From Gemmatimonadales bacterium (GTDB lineage Bacteria; Gemmatimonadota; Gemmatimonadetes; Gemmatimonadales; GWC2-71-9), in the NCBI GenBank assembly GCA_033764615.1, contig JANRIU010000064.1, forward strand, positions 13,423 through 77,422: a stretch of 64,000 bases of DNA, given 5' to 3'. Numbering within the stretch: the first letter of the stretch is position 1; each line of letters begins with the position of its first letter. A program made the position numbers and the translations under genes. This document shows, piece by piece, positions 39,267-48,785 of this stretch. The notes below the pieces were generated by a model. It was not told where the DNA came from and ran no database searches. It saw nothing but the letters and a program-made list of their open reading frames with translations.

Positions 39267-40601
39267 CTAGAGCAGCAGCGCCGACGAGAGGCCGAGCAGC
39301 AGCCCGAAGCCGCAGACGTCGGTGAACGTCGTGACGAAGATCGATGACGCGATGGCGGGGTCGACGTCGAACTTCTCGAGGATGATCGGGATGAAGGCGC
39401 CCGCGAGGCCGGCGACCAGCAGGTTCCCCGTCATCGCCATGAAGACCACGACGCCGAGCTTCCACCCCTGCCCGAGGGCGACGGCGGCGAGCGCGGTGAT
39501 GATGCCGTTCGCGAGGCCGTTGATGACGCCGACGAGCGCCTCCTTCGTCACCACGCGCACCGCCTGCCCCGCGGGGATGAGGCCGAGCGCCAGGCGGCGC
39601 ACCGTCACCGCGAGCGCCTGCGTGCCCGCGTTGCCGCCCATCCCGGCGATGATCGGCATCCACGCCGAGAGCACCACGATCCGGCTCACGACGTCCTGGA
39701 ACGCCAGCACCACGGCGCCCGCGACGAACGCGGTGAGCAGGTTGACGCAGAGCCACGGCAGGCGGCTCCGCACCGCGTCCTCCCAGCGGGCGCCGAGCTC
39801 CTCGTCGCCCGAGGTGCCGCCGAAGCGGAGGATGTCCTCCGTGGCCTCCTCCTCGATGACGTCGGCAACGTCGTCGAAGGTGATGCGGCCCAGCAGCCGG
39901 CCCTGCGGGTCGGTGACGGCGAGCGCGGGCACGTTGTACCGCTGCAGCGTGCGCGCCACCTCCTCCTGGTCCTCCTCGGGCGACACGGTGCCGATCGGCG
40001 GCGTCATGATCTCGCGCACGGGGCGCGCGGGCGCCGCGAGCACGAGGTCCTTCAGGGCGAGCTCGCCGACGAGCCGGCCCTGGTCGTCGGTGACGAAGAC
40101 GGTGTAGAAGTCGCCGACCTCGTCCGCCATGCGGCGCACCGCGTCAATCGCCTCCACGGCCGAGAGCCCGTCGCCGACGGCGACGACCTCGGTGGTCATG
40201 AGGCCGCCGGCGGACTTCTCGTCGTACGAGAGGAGGCGCTCGACGTCGGCGCGGTCCTCGACCTCGCGGAGGATCGCCTCCTGCTGCTCCGGCTCCAGCT
40301 CGCCGATGACGTCGGCCGCGTCGTCGTCGGAGAGCTCCTCGACGATGCCGGCCGCCGTGCTCGGCGGGAGCGCCACCATCATCTCGGTGGTGATCGACGG
40401 GTCGATCTCGACCAGCGCCTCGGCGGAGAGCTCGGGCGGCAGCGCGCGGACGACGCGGAGGCGCTCGCCGTCCGCGAGCGCGGCCAGCACGTCGGCGAGG
40501 TCGGCCGGCTCGACGTGGCGCGCGAGCTCGATGAACGGCCCGAGCTCGCGGTCGCGCGCGAGGTGGACGAGCTTCTCGATGGCGGGCGAGCGGAGCGTCA
40601 C
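39267..40601 (-). CDS. mgtE: Magnesium transporter MgtE
   Basis: N domain, AGGLMT CBS pair, RLPWL, GGNAGTQ, DPAIAS. Confidence 0.95.
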   Translation of the reverse strand: MTLRSPAIEKLVHLARDRELGPFIELARHVEPADLADVLAALADGERLRVVRALPPELSAEALVEIDPSITTEMMVALPPSTAAGIVEELSDDDAADVIGELEPEQQEAILREVEDRADVERLLSYDEKSAGGLMTTEVVAVGDGLSAVEAIDAVRRMADEVGDFYTVFVTDDQGRLVGELALKDLVLAAPARPVREIMTPPIGTVSPEEDQEEVARTLQRYNVPALAVTDPQGRLLGRITFDDVADVIEEEATEDILRFGGTSGDEELGARWEDAVRSRLPWLCVNLLTAFVAGAVVLAFQDVVSRIVVLSAWMPIIAGMGGNAGTQALAVTVRRLALGLIPAGQAVRVVTKEALVGVINGLANGIITALAAVALGQGWKLGVVVFMAMTGNLLVAGLAGAFIPIILEKFDVDPAIASSIFVTTFTDVCGFGLLLGLSSALLL

Positions 40602-41797
40602 GCGCGCACCTCCCCGCCGAGCGGGATCGCGGCGGCCGCCGCGCGGACGAGCAGCCGCTCGACGCGCGTTCCCGAGGCGTGCAGCACGTCGATCTCCAGC
40701 CCCGCGACGGCGAAGCGCTCCCCCGGCTGCGGGATGCGGCCGGCCAGCTCGGCGACGAGCCCGGCCAGCGTCTCGGCGCGCCCCTCCGGCAGCCGCACGC
40801 CGAACCGCTCCTCCACCTCGCCGCGCGCGGTGGAGGCGTCGGCCTCGAGCACGGCGGCGCCCGTCTCGGCGGGCGCGGGCGCGGGCTCGTCGTGCTCGTC
40901 GTGGATCTCGCCGACGAGCTGCTCCAGCAGGTCCTCCAGCGTGCAGAGGCCAAGGGTGCCGCCGAACTCGTCGAGCACGACGGCGAGGTGCCGCCGCTCG
41001 CGCTGCATGTCGAGGAGCAGGTCGCCGGCGCGGCGGCTCGCGGGCGTCATCGCCACGGGCCGGATCGGCAGCGGGTCGCCCGCCTGCCACTTGAACAGGT
41101 CGAAGACGTGCACCATGCCGACGATCTCGTCGAGCGTGCCGCGGTAGACCGGCAGGCGCGAGTAGCCGGACTGCGCGAAGACGAGCGCGATCTCGGTCGG
41201 CGGCATCTCGGCGGGGACGGCGACGACGTCGGTGCGCGGCGTCATCACCGTGCGCACCGGCCGCTCGGCGAACGAGATCACGCCGTCGGCAATGCGCAGG
41301 TCGGCGTCGGCGCGGGGGGCGAGCGCCGCGCCCTCGCGCCAGACGGCGCGGAAGTCGGGCGGCGCGTTGGGCGGGCGCGCGGGCAGCAGGAGGCGGAGCC
41401 CGCGCGAGACGACGTCGAGCACCGGGCCGATGCGCGCCATGACCGCCTCGGCGCGCAGCTCGGTGAGCCAGCGCGGCACGAAGTAGCCGGCGCCGAGCAC
41501 GAGCGGCACCGCGCCGATGGCGAGCACCGCCGCCGACCCCGCCACCCCGCCCGAGGCGACCACCGCCGGCACCGCCGCCGCGAGCAGGATGACGCCGAAC
41601 GACGTGAGCGACGACGCCGCCGAGAGCCGCTCCTCCACCGCCGCGAGCCCCGCAAGCGACATCTCGCCGCGCCGGAGCCGGAGCGCCACGGCGCGCGCGA
41701 TGACGGCGCGGCTCACCGCGAGGAGCGCGGCGCCGGCCGTGGCGCCGAACGCGGTGGCGACGAAGCCGGCGGCGAGGACGAGCCAGTGGACGATCAC
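40598..41797 (-). CDS. CNNM/HlyC-CorC family CBS-domain protein
   Basis: TM N-terminus, MTPR, YSRLPVY, DEFGGT, EDLLEQLVGEI. Confidence 0.88.
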   Translation of the reverse strand: MIVHWLVLAAGFVATAFGATAGAALLAVSRAVIARAVALRLRRGEMSLAGLAAVEERLSAASSLTSFGVILLAAAVPAVVASGGVAGSAAVLAIGAVPLVLGAGYFVPRWLTELRAEAVMARIGPVLDVVSRGLRLLLPARPPNAPPDFRAVWREGAALAPRADADLRIADGVISFAERPVRTVMTPRTDVVAVPAEMPPTEIALVFAQSGYSRLPVYRGTLDEIVGMVHVFDLFKWQAGDPLPIRPVAMTPASRRAGDLLLDMQRERRHLAVVLDEFGGTLGLCTLEDLLEQLVGEIHDEHDEPAPAPAETGAAVLEADASTARGEVEERFGVRLPEGRAETLAGLVAELAGRIPQPGERFAVAGLEIDVLHASGTRVERLLVRAAAAAIPLGGEVRA

Positions 41798-42960
41798 GCC
41801 TCGGCCTCCGCGGCGTCGGGCGCGTCGACCGGTGCGGCGACGCGGCGCGCGAGGACCCGCCGCACGCGGCGCCGCACCACCAGCTCCACCACCAGCTCGA
41901 TCGCGCCGAGCTGCAGCACCTCGCCGGAGCGCGGCACCCGGCCCGCCTCGGCGAGCACGAGCCCGCCGACGGTGCTCACGTCGTCGCGGCCGAAGGCGTG
42001 CCCGAGCGCCTCCTCCAGCTCGGCGAGCGGCACGCCGCCCAGCACGCGCAGCGCGCCGTCCTCGAGCGGGACGATCGGCTGCGCCTCGTCGACGTCGTAC
42101 TCGTCGCGGATCTCCCCGACGACCTGCTCCATGATGTCCTCGAGCGTCACGAGCCCGGCGGTGCCGCCGAACTCGTCGACCACGACGGCGAGGTGGCTGC
42201 GGGCGCGCTGGAAGTCGCGGAGCTGGCGGTCGAGCGTCTTCCCCTCGGGGACGAACGCCGCCGGGCGCACGAGCGCCTGCCACGGCGCGTCGTCCGGGTC
42301 GTCGAGGCGGGCGAGCACGTCCTTGGCGTGCAGCACGCCGACGACGGCGTCGGGGTGGCCGTCGTACACCGGGAGCCGCGCGTGCTGCGAGCCGCGCAGC
42401 GTCTCCAGCATCTGCGCGCGCGGCCACGCGGTGTCGACGGCGACGATGTCGATGCGGGGCGTCATCACCTCGGCGACGGTCGTGTCGGCGAGGGAGAAGA
42501 TGCCGAGGAAGACGTCGCGCTGGGCGGCGGCGGCCTCGGGCGCGGTGCGCTGTCCCTGCGCGTCGGCCCACTGCACCGCGCGGACGAGCGGGCGGAGCGG
42601 CACGAGCGAGCGGAGCGCGAGGCGGCGTGCGGGGAGGGTGATCTCGGGCGCGAGGTCGGCGAGGACGCGCGGCAGCAGGTCGGCGACGACCCACACGAGC
42701 AGCACGGCGACGGCGAGCCGCGCGAGCGCGATCCCCGAGGGCCACACCCACCAGGTGACGGCGATCGAGGCGGCGACGCCCGCGAGCACGAGCAGCGCCA
42801 GGTGCGCCACGTGCAGGCGGCGGTGGATGGCGAGCTCGCCCGCGACCTGGTGCGTGCTCTCCGCCTCCACCTCCGATTCGGCGGCGAGGGCGAGGAGCGC
42901 CGCCCAGATGGTCAGCGCCCCCGTCGCGAGGGGGACGAGCAGCCGCGCGAGCAGCTCCAT
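41794..42960 (-). CDS. CNNM/HlyC-CorC family CBS-domain protein (paralog)
   Basis: MTPR, RLPVY, VDEFGGTAG, EDIMEQVVGEIRDE. Confidence 0.88.
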   Translation of the reverse strand: MELLARLLVPLATGALTIWAALLALAAESEVEAESTHQVAGELAIHRRLHVAHLALLVLAGVAASIAVTWWVWPSGIALARLAVAVLLVWVVADLLPRVLADLAPEITLPARRLALRSLVPLRPLVRAVQWADAQGQRTAPEAAAAQRDVFLGIFSLADTTVAEVMTPRIDIVAVDTAWPRAQMLETLRGSQHARLPVYDGHPDAVVGVLHAKDVLARLDDPDDAPWQALVRPAAFVPEGKTLDRQLRDFQRARSHLAVVVDEFGGTAGLVTLEDIMEQVVGEIRDEYDVDEAQPIVPLEDGALRVLGGVPLAELEEALGHAFGRDDVSTVGGLVLAEAGRVPRSGEVLQLGAIELVVELVVRRRVRRVLARRVAAPVDAPDAAEAEA

Positions 42961-43427
42961 CAGGAGGCGCGCCGCGCCGCGGACGGCACGAGCCGCCGCA
43001 CGTACCGCTCCTGGCGACGCCACATCGGCGCCCGCTCGCGGCCGTCCCCCTCCGGGTGGTCCCAGCCGAGCGCGTGCAGCGTGCCGTGGACGACGAGGCG
43101 CACCAGCTCCTCGCGCGCGGGGACGCCGCGCGCGCGCGCTTCGCGCGCGGCGACCCACGGGCAGACGTACACGTCGCCCGCGGGGCGCGGGCCGCCGAGC
43201 TGGAAGCTGAGCACGTCGGTGGGGCGGTCGTGGCCCTTCCATGCGCGGTTCATCGCGCGCATGCGGTCGCGGCCGACGAAGGTGACGCTCATGTCGGCCG
43301 CCGCGCGCTCGCCGGCGAGGACGGCGCCCACGACGCGGCGCACGGTCGCGGCGGGCAGCCCCCCGCGACCCGCCACCGCGACCGCCGGCGCCGCCCGCTC
43401 AGCCGCTCGCGTCCTCGGCGTAGGCAC
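42960..43427 (-). CDS. ybeY: rRNA maturation endoribonuclease YbeY
   Basis: PTDVLSF, HGTLHALGWDH. Confidence 0.95.
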   Translation of the reverse strand: MPTPRTRAAERAAPAVAVAGRGGLPAATVRRVVGAVLAGERAAADMSVTFVGRDRMRAMNRAWKGHDRPTDVLSFQLGGPRPAGDVYVCPWVAAREARARGVPAREELVRLVVHGTLHALGWDHPEGDGRERAPMWRRQERYVRRLVPSAARRAS

Positions 43428-44349
43428 GGATGATCTCGCGCACGAGCCGGTGGCGCACCACGTCCGTCTCCTGCAGGTAGCAGAAGGCGATCCCGTCGAT
43501 CCCCGGGAGCACGCGCTCGATCTGCACGAGCCCCGAGTCCTCGCGCTTCGGCAGGTCGATCTGCGTCTTGTCGCCCGTGACGACGGTCTTGCTGTTCACG
43601 CCGAGGCGCGTGAGGAACATCTTCATCTGGGCGCCGGTGGCGTTCTGCGCCTCGTCGAGGATGATGAACGCGTCGGCGAGCGTGCGGCCGCGCATGTAGG
43701 CGAGCGGCGCGATCTCGATGATCCGCTGCTCGAGCGCGCGCTGCACCCGGTCGTGCGGCATCATGTCCTCCAGCGCGTCGTACAGCGGCCGGAGGTACGG
43801 GTCGACCTTCGCCTGCAGGTCGCCCGGGAGGAAGCCGAGCGACTCGCCCGCCTCCACGGCGGGGCGCGCGAGGATGATGCGCTTCACGCGCTTGCGCGCC
43901 AGCGCCTCGACCGCCTTCGCCACCGCGAGGTACGTCTTCCCCGTGCCCGCGGGGCCGACGCCGATGACGATGTCGTTCGCCTCGATGAGCTTCAGGTAGT
44001 CGCGCTGGCCCGCGGTCTTCGGCACGATCGCCTTGCGGAGCCCGGGGAGGACGATCTTCCCGTCGGCCGACGGCGGCTCGAGCGGCGCCACGCCGTCGTG
44101 CGCGAGGCGGTGGATGTCCTCGGGCCCGACCGCCTCGCCCATGCGCGCGAGGTCGATCACGCCCTGCACCACCGGCGTCGCGCGCTCGATCGCCTCGAGC
44201 GGGCCGGCGAGCGTCATCGCGTCGCCGCGGAAGGCGATCCGCACGCCGAGCGAGCGCTGCAGCTCGGCGAGGTTGCCGTCGTTCACGCCGGCGAGCAGCA
44301 GCGGGTCGGCGCCCTCGGTGGAGAGGCGGTGGGTGATGTCGTCAGCCAT
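43399..44349 (-). CDS. phoH: PhoH-family ATPase
   Basis: GPAGTGKTY, RPAVEAGE, LAYMRGRT, DEAQN. Confidence 0.95.
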   Translation of the reverse strand: MADDITHRLSTEGADPLLLAGVNDGNLAELQRSLGVRIAFRGDAMTLAGPLEAIERATPVVQGVIDLARMGEAVGPEDIHRLAHDGVAPLEPPSADGKIVLPGLRKAIVPKTAGQRDYLKLIEANDIVIGVGPAGTGKTYLAVAKAVEALARKRVKRIILARPAVEAGESLGFLPGDLQAKVDPYLRPLYDALEDMMPHDRVQRALEQRIIEIAPLAYMRGRTLADAFIILDEAQNATGAQMKMFLTRLGVNSKTVVTGDKTQIDLPKREDSGLVQIERVLPGIDGIAFCYLQETDVVRHRLVREIIRAYAEDASG

Positions 44350-44353
44350 GCCG

Positions 44354-44397
44354 GGCGGACGAGCGGACGGGCGGACGGGCGGACCGGCACGGACGGG
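44354..44397. repeat. GGCGGACG octamer tandem array (single arm)
   Basis: GGCGGACG-AGCGGACG-GGCGGACG-GGCGGACC in the aspS-phoH spacer. Confidence 0.75.
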
Positions 44398-44406
44398 CGC
44401 GCATGG

Positions 44407-46185
44407 TCAGGCCTCAGCGATGGTGGTCAGGTGGAGCGCGGCGAGGTCGGCGGGCTTCACGGCGGTCGGCGCGCCCTCGAGCAGGGCGCGGGCGGCGGTG
44501 GTCTTGGGGAACGCCACCACGTCGCGCAGGCTCGGGGCGCCGGCCAGCAGCATCGCCACGCGGTCGAAGCCGATGGCGAAGCCGCCATGCGGCGGCGCGC
44601 CCGCGGCGAGGCCGTCGAGCAGGAAGCCGAAGCGGCGCTGCTGCTCCTCCGCGCCGATGCCGAGGAGCCGGAAGATGTGCGCCTGCACCGCGGGATCGGT
44701 GATGCGGATGGAGCCGCTGCCGAGCTCGACGCCGTTGTACACGGCGTCGTAGTGCTGCGCGCGGCAGCGCCCGGGGTCGGCGTCGAGGATGCCGACGTCG
44801 TCCGGGTGCGGCGCCGTGAACGGATGGTGCGCCGGCACGTGCGTCCCCGAGTCGGGGTCGAGCTCGAAGAGCGGGAAGTCGACGATCCAGCAGAAGGCGT
44901 GCGCGTGCGTCGCCACCGCGTCGGGGCGGCGGCACAGCAGCGCGCGCACGTTGGCGAGCGCGGGGCTCGTGATCGCGTCCGGCCCGCTGGCGGCCAGCAG
45001 CAGGTCCCCCTCGGCGCCGCCGAGCCGCTCGAGCGCGGCCACGCCGATCGCCTTCACCCCCTGCCCCTCCCAGCCCGCGGCCGTGCGCTTCGCCCAGATG
45101 AGCCCGCCGGCCTTCGCGGCCTTGGCGGCGGCGGTGAACGCGTCGAGCTCCTTGCGGCTCGCGGCGCCGCCGCCGGCGACGACGATGCCGCGCACACGGC
45201 CGCCGGCCGCGATGGCGTCGTGCACGAACGGGGCGGCGTCGGGCTGCACGAGCGGCGTGAGGTCGCGGATCTCGAAGCCGTAGCGGAGGTCGGGCTTGTC
45301 GATGCCGAACCGCTCCATCGCCTCGTGCCACGCCATCCGCGGGAACGGCCGCGGGATCGCGTGCCCCGCCTCGGCCCACAGCTCGACGAGCACCGCCTCG
45401 ATCACGTCCTGCACGTCCTGCTGGCCGACGAAGCTCGCCTCGAGGTCGATCTGCGTGAACTCGGGCTGGCGGTCGGCGCGGAGGTCCTCGTCGCGGAAGC
45501 AGCGCGCCACCTGGAAGTACCGGTCGTAGCCGGCCACCATCAGCAGCTGCTTGTAGATCTGCGGCGACTGCGGCAGCGCGTAGAACTCGCCCGGATGCAC
45601 GCGGCTCGGCACGAGGTAGTCGCGCGCGCCCTCGGGCGTCGGCTTCGTGAGGATCGGCGTCTCGATCTCGAGGAAGCCGAGGTCGGAGAGCGTGCGGCGC
45701 GCGCGCTGGGCGAGGCGGTGGCGCAGGATGAGGTTGTGCTGCAGCTCGGGGCGGCGCAGGTCGAGCAGGCGGTGCTTGAGGCGCAGCTCCTCGGCGGCGA
45801 GCTCCTCCCCCTCCTTCCGCGCGACCGGGATCGCCGGCGTCACGGCGGGGCCGACGACGCGGAACGCGGTGACGCGCACCTCGATGTCGCGCGTGACGAG
45901 CGACGAGTCGCGCGCGCCCTCGGGGCGGAGCTCCACGATCCCCTCGCACAGCGCGACCGACTCGGTGCCCGCGTCCTGCCCGGCGGCGAGCACCTCGGGC
46001 GGCGTCCAGCGCGGGTCGAACGAGAGCTGGACGATGCCGTCGCGGTCGCGCAGGTCGATGAAGACGAGCCCGCCCAGGTCGCGGCGGCGGTGCACCCAGC
46101 CGCCGAGGCGGACGGGCTGGCCGACGAGGTCGCGCGTGAGCGAGCCGCAGCGGTGCGTGCGGAGCGAGGTGGCAGCGTGGTTCAT
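44407..46185 (-). CDS. aspS: Aspartate--tRNA ligase
   Basis: RTHRCG, PEGARDY, LPQSPQ, FRDEDLRADRQPEF, PPHGG. Confidence 0.97.
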   Translation of the reverse strand: MNHAATSLRTHRCGSLTRDLVGQPVRLGGWVHRRRDLGGLVFIDLRDRDGIVQLSFDPRWTPPEVLAAGQDAGTESVALCEGIVELRPEGARDSSLVTRDIEVRVTAFRVVGPAVTPAIPVARKEGEELAAEELRLKHRLLDLRRPELQHNLILRHRLAQRARRTLSDLGFLEIETPILTKPTPEGARDYLVPSRVHPGEFYALPQSPQIYKQLLMVAGYDRYFQVARCFRDEDLRADRQPEFTQIDLEASFVGQQDVQDVIEAVLVELWAEAGHAIPRPFPRMAWHEAMERFGIDKPDLRYGFEIRDLTPLVQPDAAPFVHDAIAAGGRVRGIVVAGGGAASRKELDAFTAAAKAAKAGGLIWAKRTAAGWEGQGVKAIGVAALERLGGAEGDLLLAASGPDAITSPALANVRALLCRRPDAVATHAHAFCWIVDFPLFELDPDSGTHVPAHHPFTAPHPDDVGILDADPGRCRAQHYDAVYNGVELGSGSIRITDPAVQAHIFRLLGIGAEEQQRRFGFLLDGLAAGAPPHGGFAIGFDRVAMLLAGAPSLRDVVAFPKTTAARALLEGAPTAVKPADLAALHLTTIAEA

Positions 46186-46649
46186 GCGGTGAGGAGGTCG
46201 CGTTCGGCGCTCGCCAGCGCGTCCACGAAGCGGTCGGCGTCGGCGGCGTCGAGCAGCCGCTGGCGCACCGGCTCGCGGCGCACGAGGCGCGCGATCTTGC
46301 TGAGGAGGCGGACGTGGTCGCCGGCCGCGGTGTCGGGGCCGACGAGCAGGAACAGGAGGCGGACGGGCTGGCCGTCGATCGCCTGGAACGGGATCGGCTG
46401 GCGGGTCACCCCGGCCACGAGCCCCACCTCGGCGACGGCGGGGCTCCGGCCGTGCGGGATGGCGACGCCGAAGCCGATGCCGGTGGAGAGCTTCTCCTCC
46501 CGGTCCTCCACCGCTCGCTGGATCGCCGCGACGTCCGCGCCGGTGGTGCTGGCGAGGAGCGCGCAGAGCTCCCGGATCGCGTCCCGCTTGGTGGACGCGC
46601 CGAGGGGCAGGCGGACGTGGGAGGGGGGGAGGATGGCGCTGGGGAGCAC
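46182..46649 (-). CDS. PTS IIA (Ntr/fructose-type) domain protein
   Basis: REEKLSTGIGFGVAIPH, HVRLLSKIAR; GTG 46649 has TACCTT 6 nt upstream. Confidence 0.88.
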   Translation of the reverse strand: MLPSAILPPSHVRLPLGASTKRDAIRELCALLASTTGADVAAIQRAVEDREEKLSTGIGFGVAIPHGRSPAVAEVGLVAGVTRQPIPFQAIDGQPVRLLFLLVGPDTAAGDHVRLLSKIARLVRREPVRQRLLDAADADRFVDALASAERDLLTA

Positions 46650-46680
46650 CAGCGAAAGGTAGCGGAGAGGCTCACGGCGG

Positions 46681-46855
46681 GGCGGACGCTGCGCGGGCGG
46701 ACGCTGCGCGGGCGGACGAGCGGACGGGCGGACTGGCGGAAGGTGGATCACGCTCGGCGGGCGCATGGCTCGGCATGGCGACCGCCCAGACGGTCCGCCC
46801 GTCCGCTTGTCCGCCCGTCCGCCCCAGCGTCCGTCCGCCCGTCCGCTCGTCCGCC
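46681..46855. repeat. Large octamer inverted-repeat element between divergent promoters
   Basis: GGCGGACG-based arm at about 46681-46745 (including 2x GGCGGACGCTGCGCG) and CGTCCGCC-based arm at about 46780-46855. Confidence 0.8.
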
Positions 46856-46867
46856 TAGCTTCCTGCC

Positions 46868-47932
46868 ATGCCCCCCACCCTCCTCGACCTCGCCCCGGCC
46901 CAGTCGCTCGACGTGCTCACCGCGTGGGTCGCGGCGGAGGGGCTGCCGAGGTACCGGGTGGAGCAGCTGCACCGGCGGCTGTGGGTGCAGCCGGTCGGCG
47001 CGTGGGACGAGGCAACGGAGCTGCCGCTGGCGCTCAGGGCCCGGCTCGCGGAGCTGTTCCCCCTGCCCCGGCTGGAGGCGGCCGTCGAGCAGCAGTCGCA
47101 GGACGGGACGCGGAAGTGGCTCTGGAAGCTGGCCGACGGCGAGCTGATCGAGTCGGTGCTGATCCCGTCGGGCCCGCGGCGGACGCTCTGCATCTCGAGC
47201 CAGTCGGGGTGCGCGCTCGGCTGCGTCTTCTGCGCGACGGGGCGGATGGGGTTCCGGCGGAACCTGGCGGCGCACGAGATCGCGGGCCAGGTGCGCGAGC
47301 TGGTGCTCCGGGACCCCGAGCTCAAGCCGACCAACATCGTCTTCATGGGGATGGGCGAGCCGCTGCTCAACTGGCCGGCCGTCGATGCCTCGCTCTCCAT
47401 CCTCAACAGCCCCGACGGCCTCGGCATCGGGGCGCGGCACATCACCGTGAGCACGGTGGGGATCCTCCCCGGGCTCGAGCAGTTCGCGAAGCGGCCCGAG
47501 CAGTTCCGGCTCGCCATCTCGCTCCACGCCCCGTCGCCCATCAAGCGCCTCGGCATCATGCCGATCGAGAAGAAGTACGACCTGGCGAGCGTGCTCAAGG
47601 CGGCCGAGGCGTTCGACCGCCGGGTGACGTTCGAATACGTGCTCATCGCGGGGCGGAACGACAGCGATGCCGACGCCGACCTGCTCGCGAAGCACGCCCG
47701 GAAGCTCGGCGCGCTCGTGAACCTCCTGCCGCTCCATCCTGGCGGCGAGGACGGCCTCGTGCCGACGGTGCCCGCCCGGATCGCCGCCTTCTGCGACCGC
47801 CTCCGCCAGCAGGGCGTGGAGGCGAGCGTGCGCCGGAGCCGCGGGCTCGACATCAACGCGGCGTGCGGGCAGCTGAGGACGGCGGTGGAGAAGAAGGCGG
47901 TCAGGCGGACGAGCGGACGGGCGGACGCGTAG
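46868..47932 (+). CDS. rlmN: 23S rRNA m2A2503 methyltransferase (radical SAM)
   Basis: CISSQSGCALGCVFC, MGMGEP, ISLH, INAACGQL. Confidence 0.96.
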   Translation: MPPTLLDLAPAQSLDVLTAWVAAEGLPRYRVEQLHRRLWVQPVGAWDEATELPLALRARLAELFPLPRLEAAVEQQSQDGTRKWLWKLADGELIESVLIPSGPRRTLCISSQSGCALGCVFCATGRMGFRRNLAAHEIAGQVRELVLRDPELKPTNIVFMGMGEPLLNWPAVDASLSILNSPDGLGIGARHITVSTVGILPGLEQFAKRPEQFRLAISLHAPSPIKRLGIMPIEKKYDLASVLKAAEAFDRRVTFEYVLIAGRNDSDADADLLAKHARKLGALVNLLPLHPGGEDGLVPTVPARIAAFCDRLRQQGVEASVRRSRGLDINAACGQLRTAVEKKAVRRTSGRADA

Positions 47933-48058
47933 GCGGACGGGCGGTCGGGCGGTCGGGCGGTCGGGCGGACTCGCGGAAGGAAAGGCCGCCGAACGCGCAC
48001 CACGCCTCCCGCCGGACCGCCCCCGTCCGCTCGTCCGCCAGTCCGCCCATCCGCCCGC
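47896..48058. repeat. Octamer inverted-repeat element overlapping the rlmN 3' end
   Basis: GGCGG(A/T)CG units at 47896-47975 span the stop codon; reverse arm at about 48015-48058. Confidence 0.8.
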
Positions 48059-48147
48059 CGTGAACGGCGCCGCCCGCCGTTCACGGCGTCTTCACGCCCC
48101 CCTCGCATCATCTCCCTGTGCCGTGCGGCGCACGGCATTGACACGAG

Positions 48148-48768
48148 ATGCAGGCCGAACCGCCCAACGCCAGGAGCCTCCCCATGCAGCCGTCGCCCTA
48201 CGCCCTGCGTGCCGTCCCCCGCACCGCCGATCCCGTCACCGGCCCGCTGACCCGGAACCTCACGCGCCTGCTCGACCGCTGGGGGATGGTCGCGGCGATC
48301 TACGACCTCTCGGGACGACTGCGCCTCAAGACCGACCACTGGATGCGCGCGTTCGGCGCGAGTGCCGCGCGGCACGAGTCGGCGGCGGCGCGGCACGCCG
48401 AACGGGTGGGGGCGACGCATGCGGGGGCGGCGTTCGCGGAGGAGGCGTGGCAGTCGGAGTCGGGACGGCACAAGTTCGAGATGACGCTGGTCACGCCCGA
48501 GGCGGCGACCGCGTTCGCGGTGGTGCGCGCGACGCGCATCGCGGCCGCGGCGGCACCGGAGATCATCGAGGGCCTCACGCCGCGCCAGCACGACATCGCG
48601 CGGCGCCTCGCGCTCGGCGCGTCGAACCGCGAGATCGCGCGCGAGCTCGGCATCAGCGAGAACACCGTGCGGCGGCACGTCGAGCAGGTGCTCCACCGCC
48701 TCGGCGTCGTGCGGCGCGGCCAGGTGGCGGCCCGGCTGGCGGGGCAGGCCGAACCCCACGCCGCCTGA
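48148..48768 (+). CDS. LuxR-type HTH regulator with PAS-like N-terminus
   Basis: LTPRQHDIARRLALGASNREIARELGISENTVRRH. Start could be ATG 48184. Confidence 0.85.
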   Translation: MQAEPPNARSLPMQPSPYALRAVPRTADPVTGPLTRNLTRLLDRWGMVAAIYDLSGRLRLKTDHWMRAFGASAARHESAAARHAERVGATHAGAAFAEEAWQSESGRHKFEMTLVTPEAATAFAVVRATRIAAAAAPEIIEGLTPRQHDIARRLALGASNREIARELGISENTVRRHVEQVLHRLGVVRRGQVAARLAGQAEPHAA

Positions 48769-48785
48769 CCGGGAGGGCCGACGTC

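Noticed and set aside
39267-46185. mgtE-CNNM-CNNM-ybeY-phoH-aspS cluster as novel
   Set aside because: phoH-ybeY-corC linkage is widespread and well described.
41998-46662. 1554-aa + strand ORF and similar long antisense ORFs throughout
   Set aside because: Mirror frames of well-supported minus-strand genes, with no recognisable motifs.
46868-47932. Radical SAM enzyme as maturase for the GG peptide
   Set aside because: It has the full RlmN signature (MGMGEP, AACGQL) and lies about 39 kb away.
46681-48058. Octamer arrays as a CRISPR array
   Set aside because: Units are 8-bp tandem repeats without unique regular spacers, and there are no cas genes.
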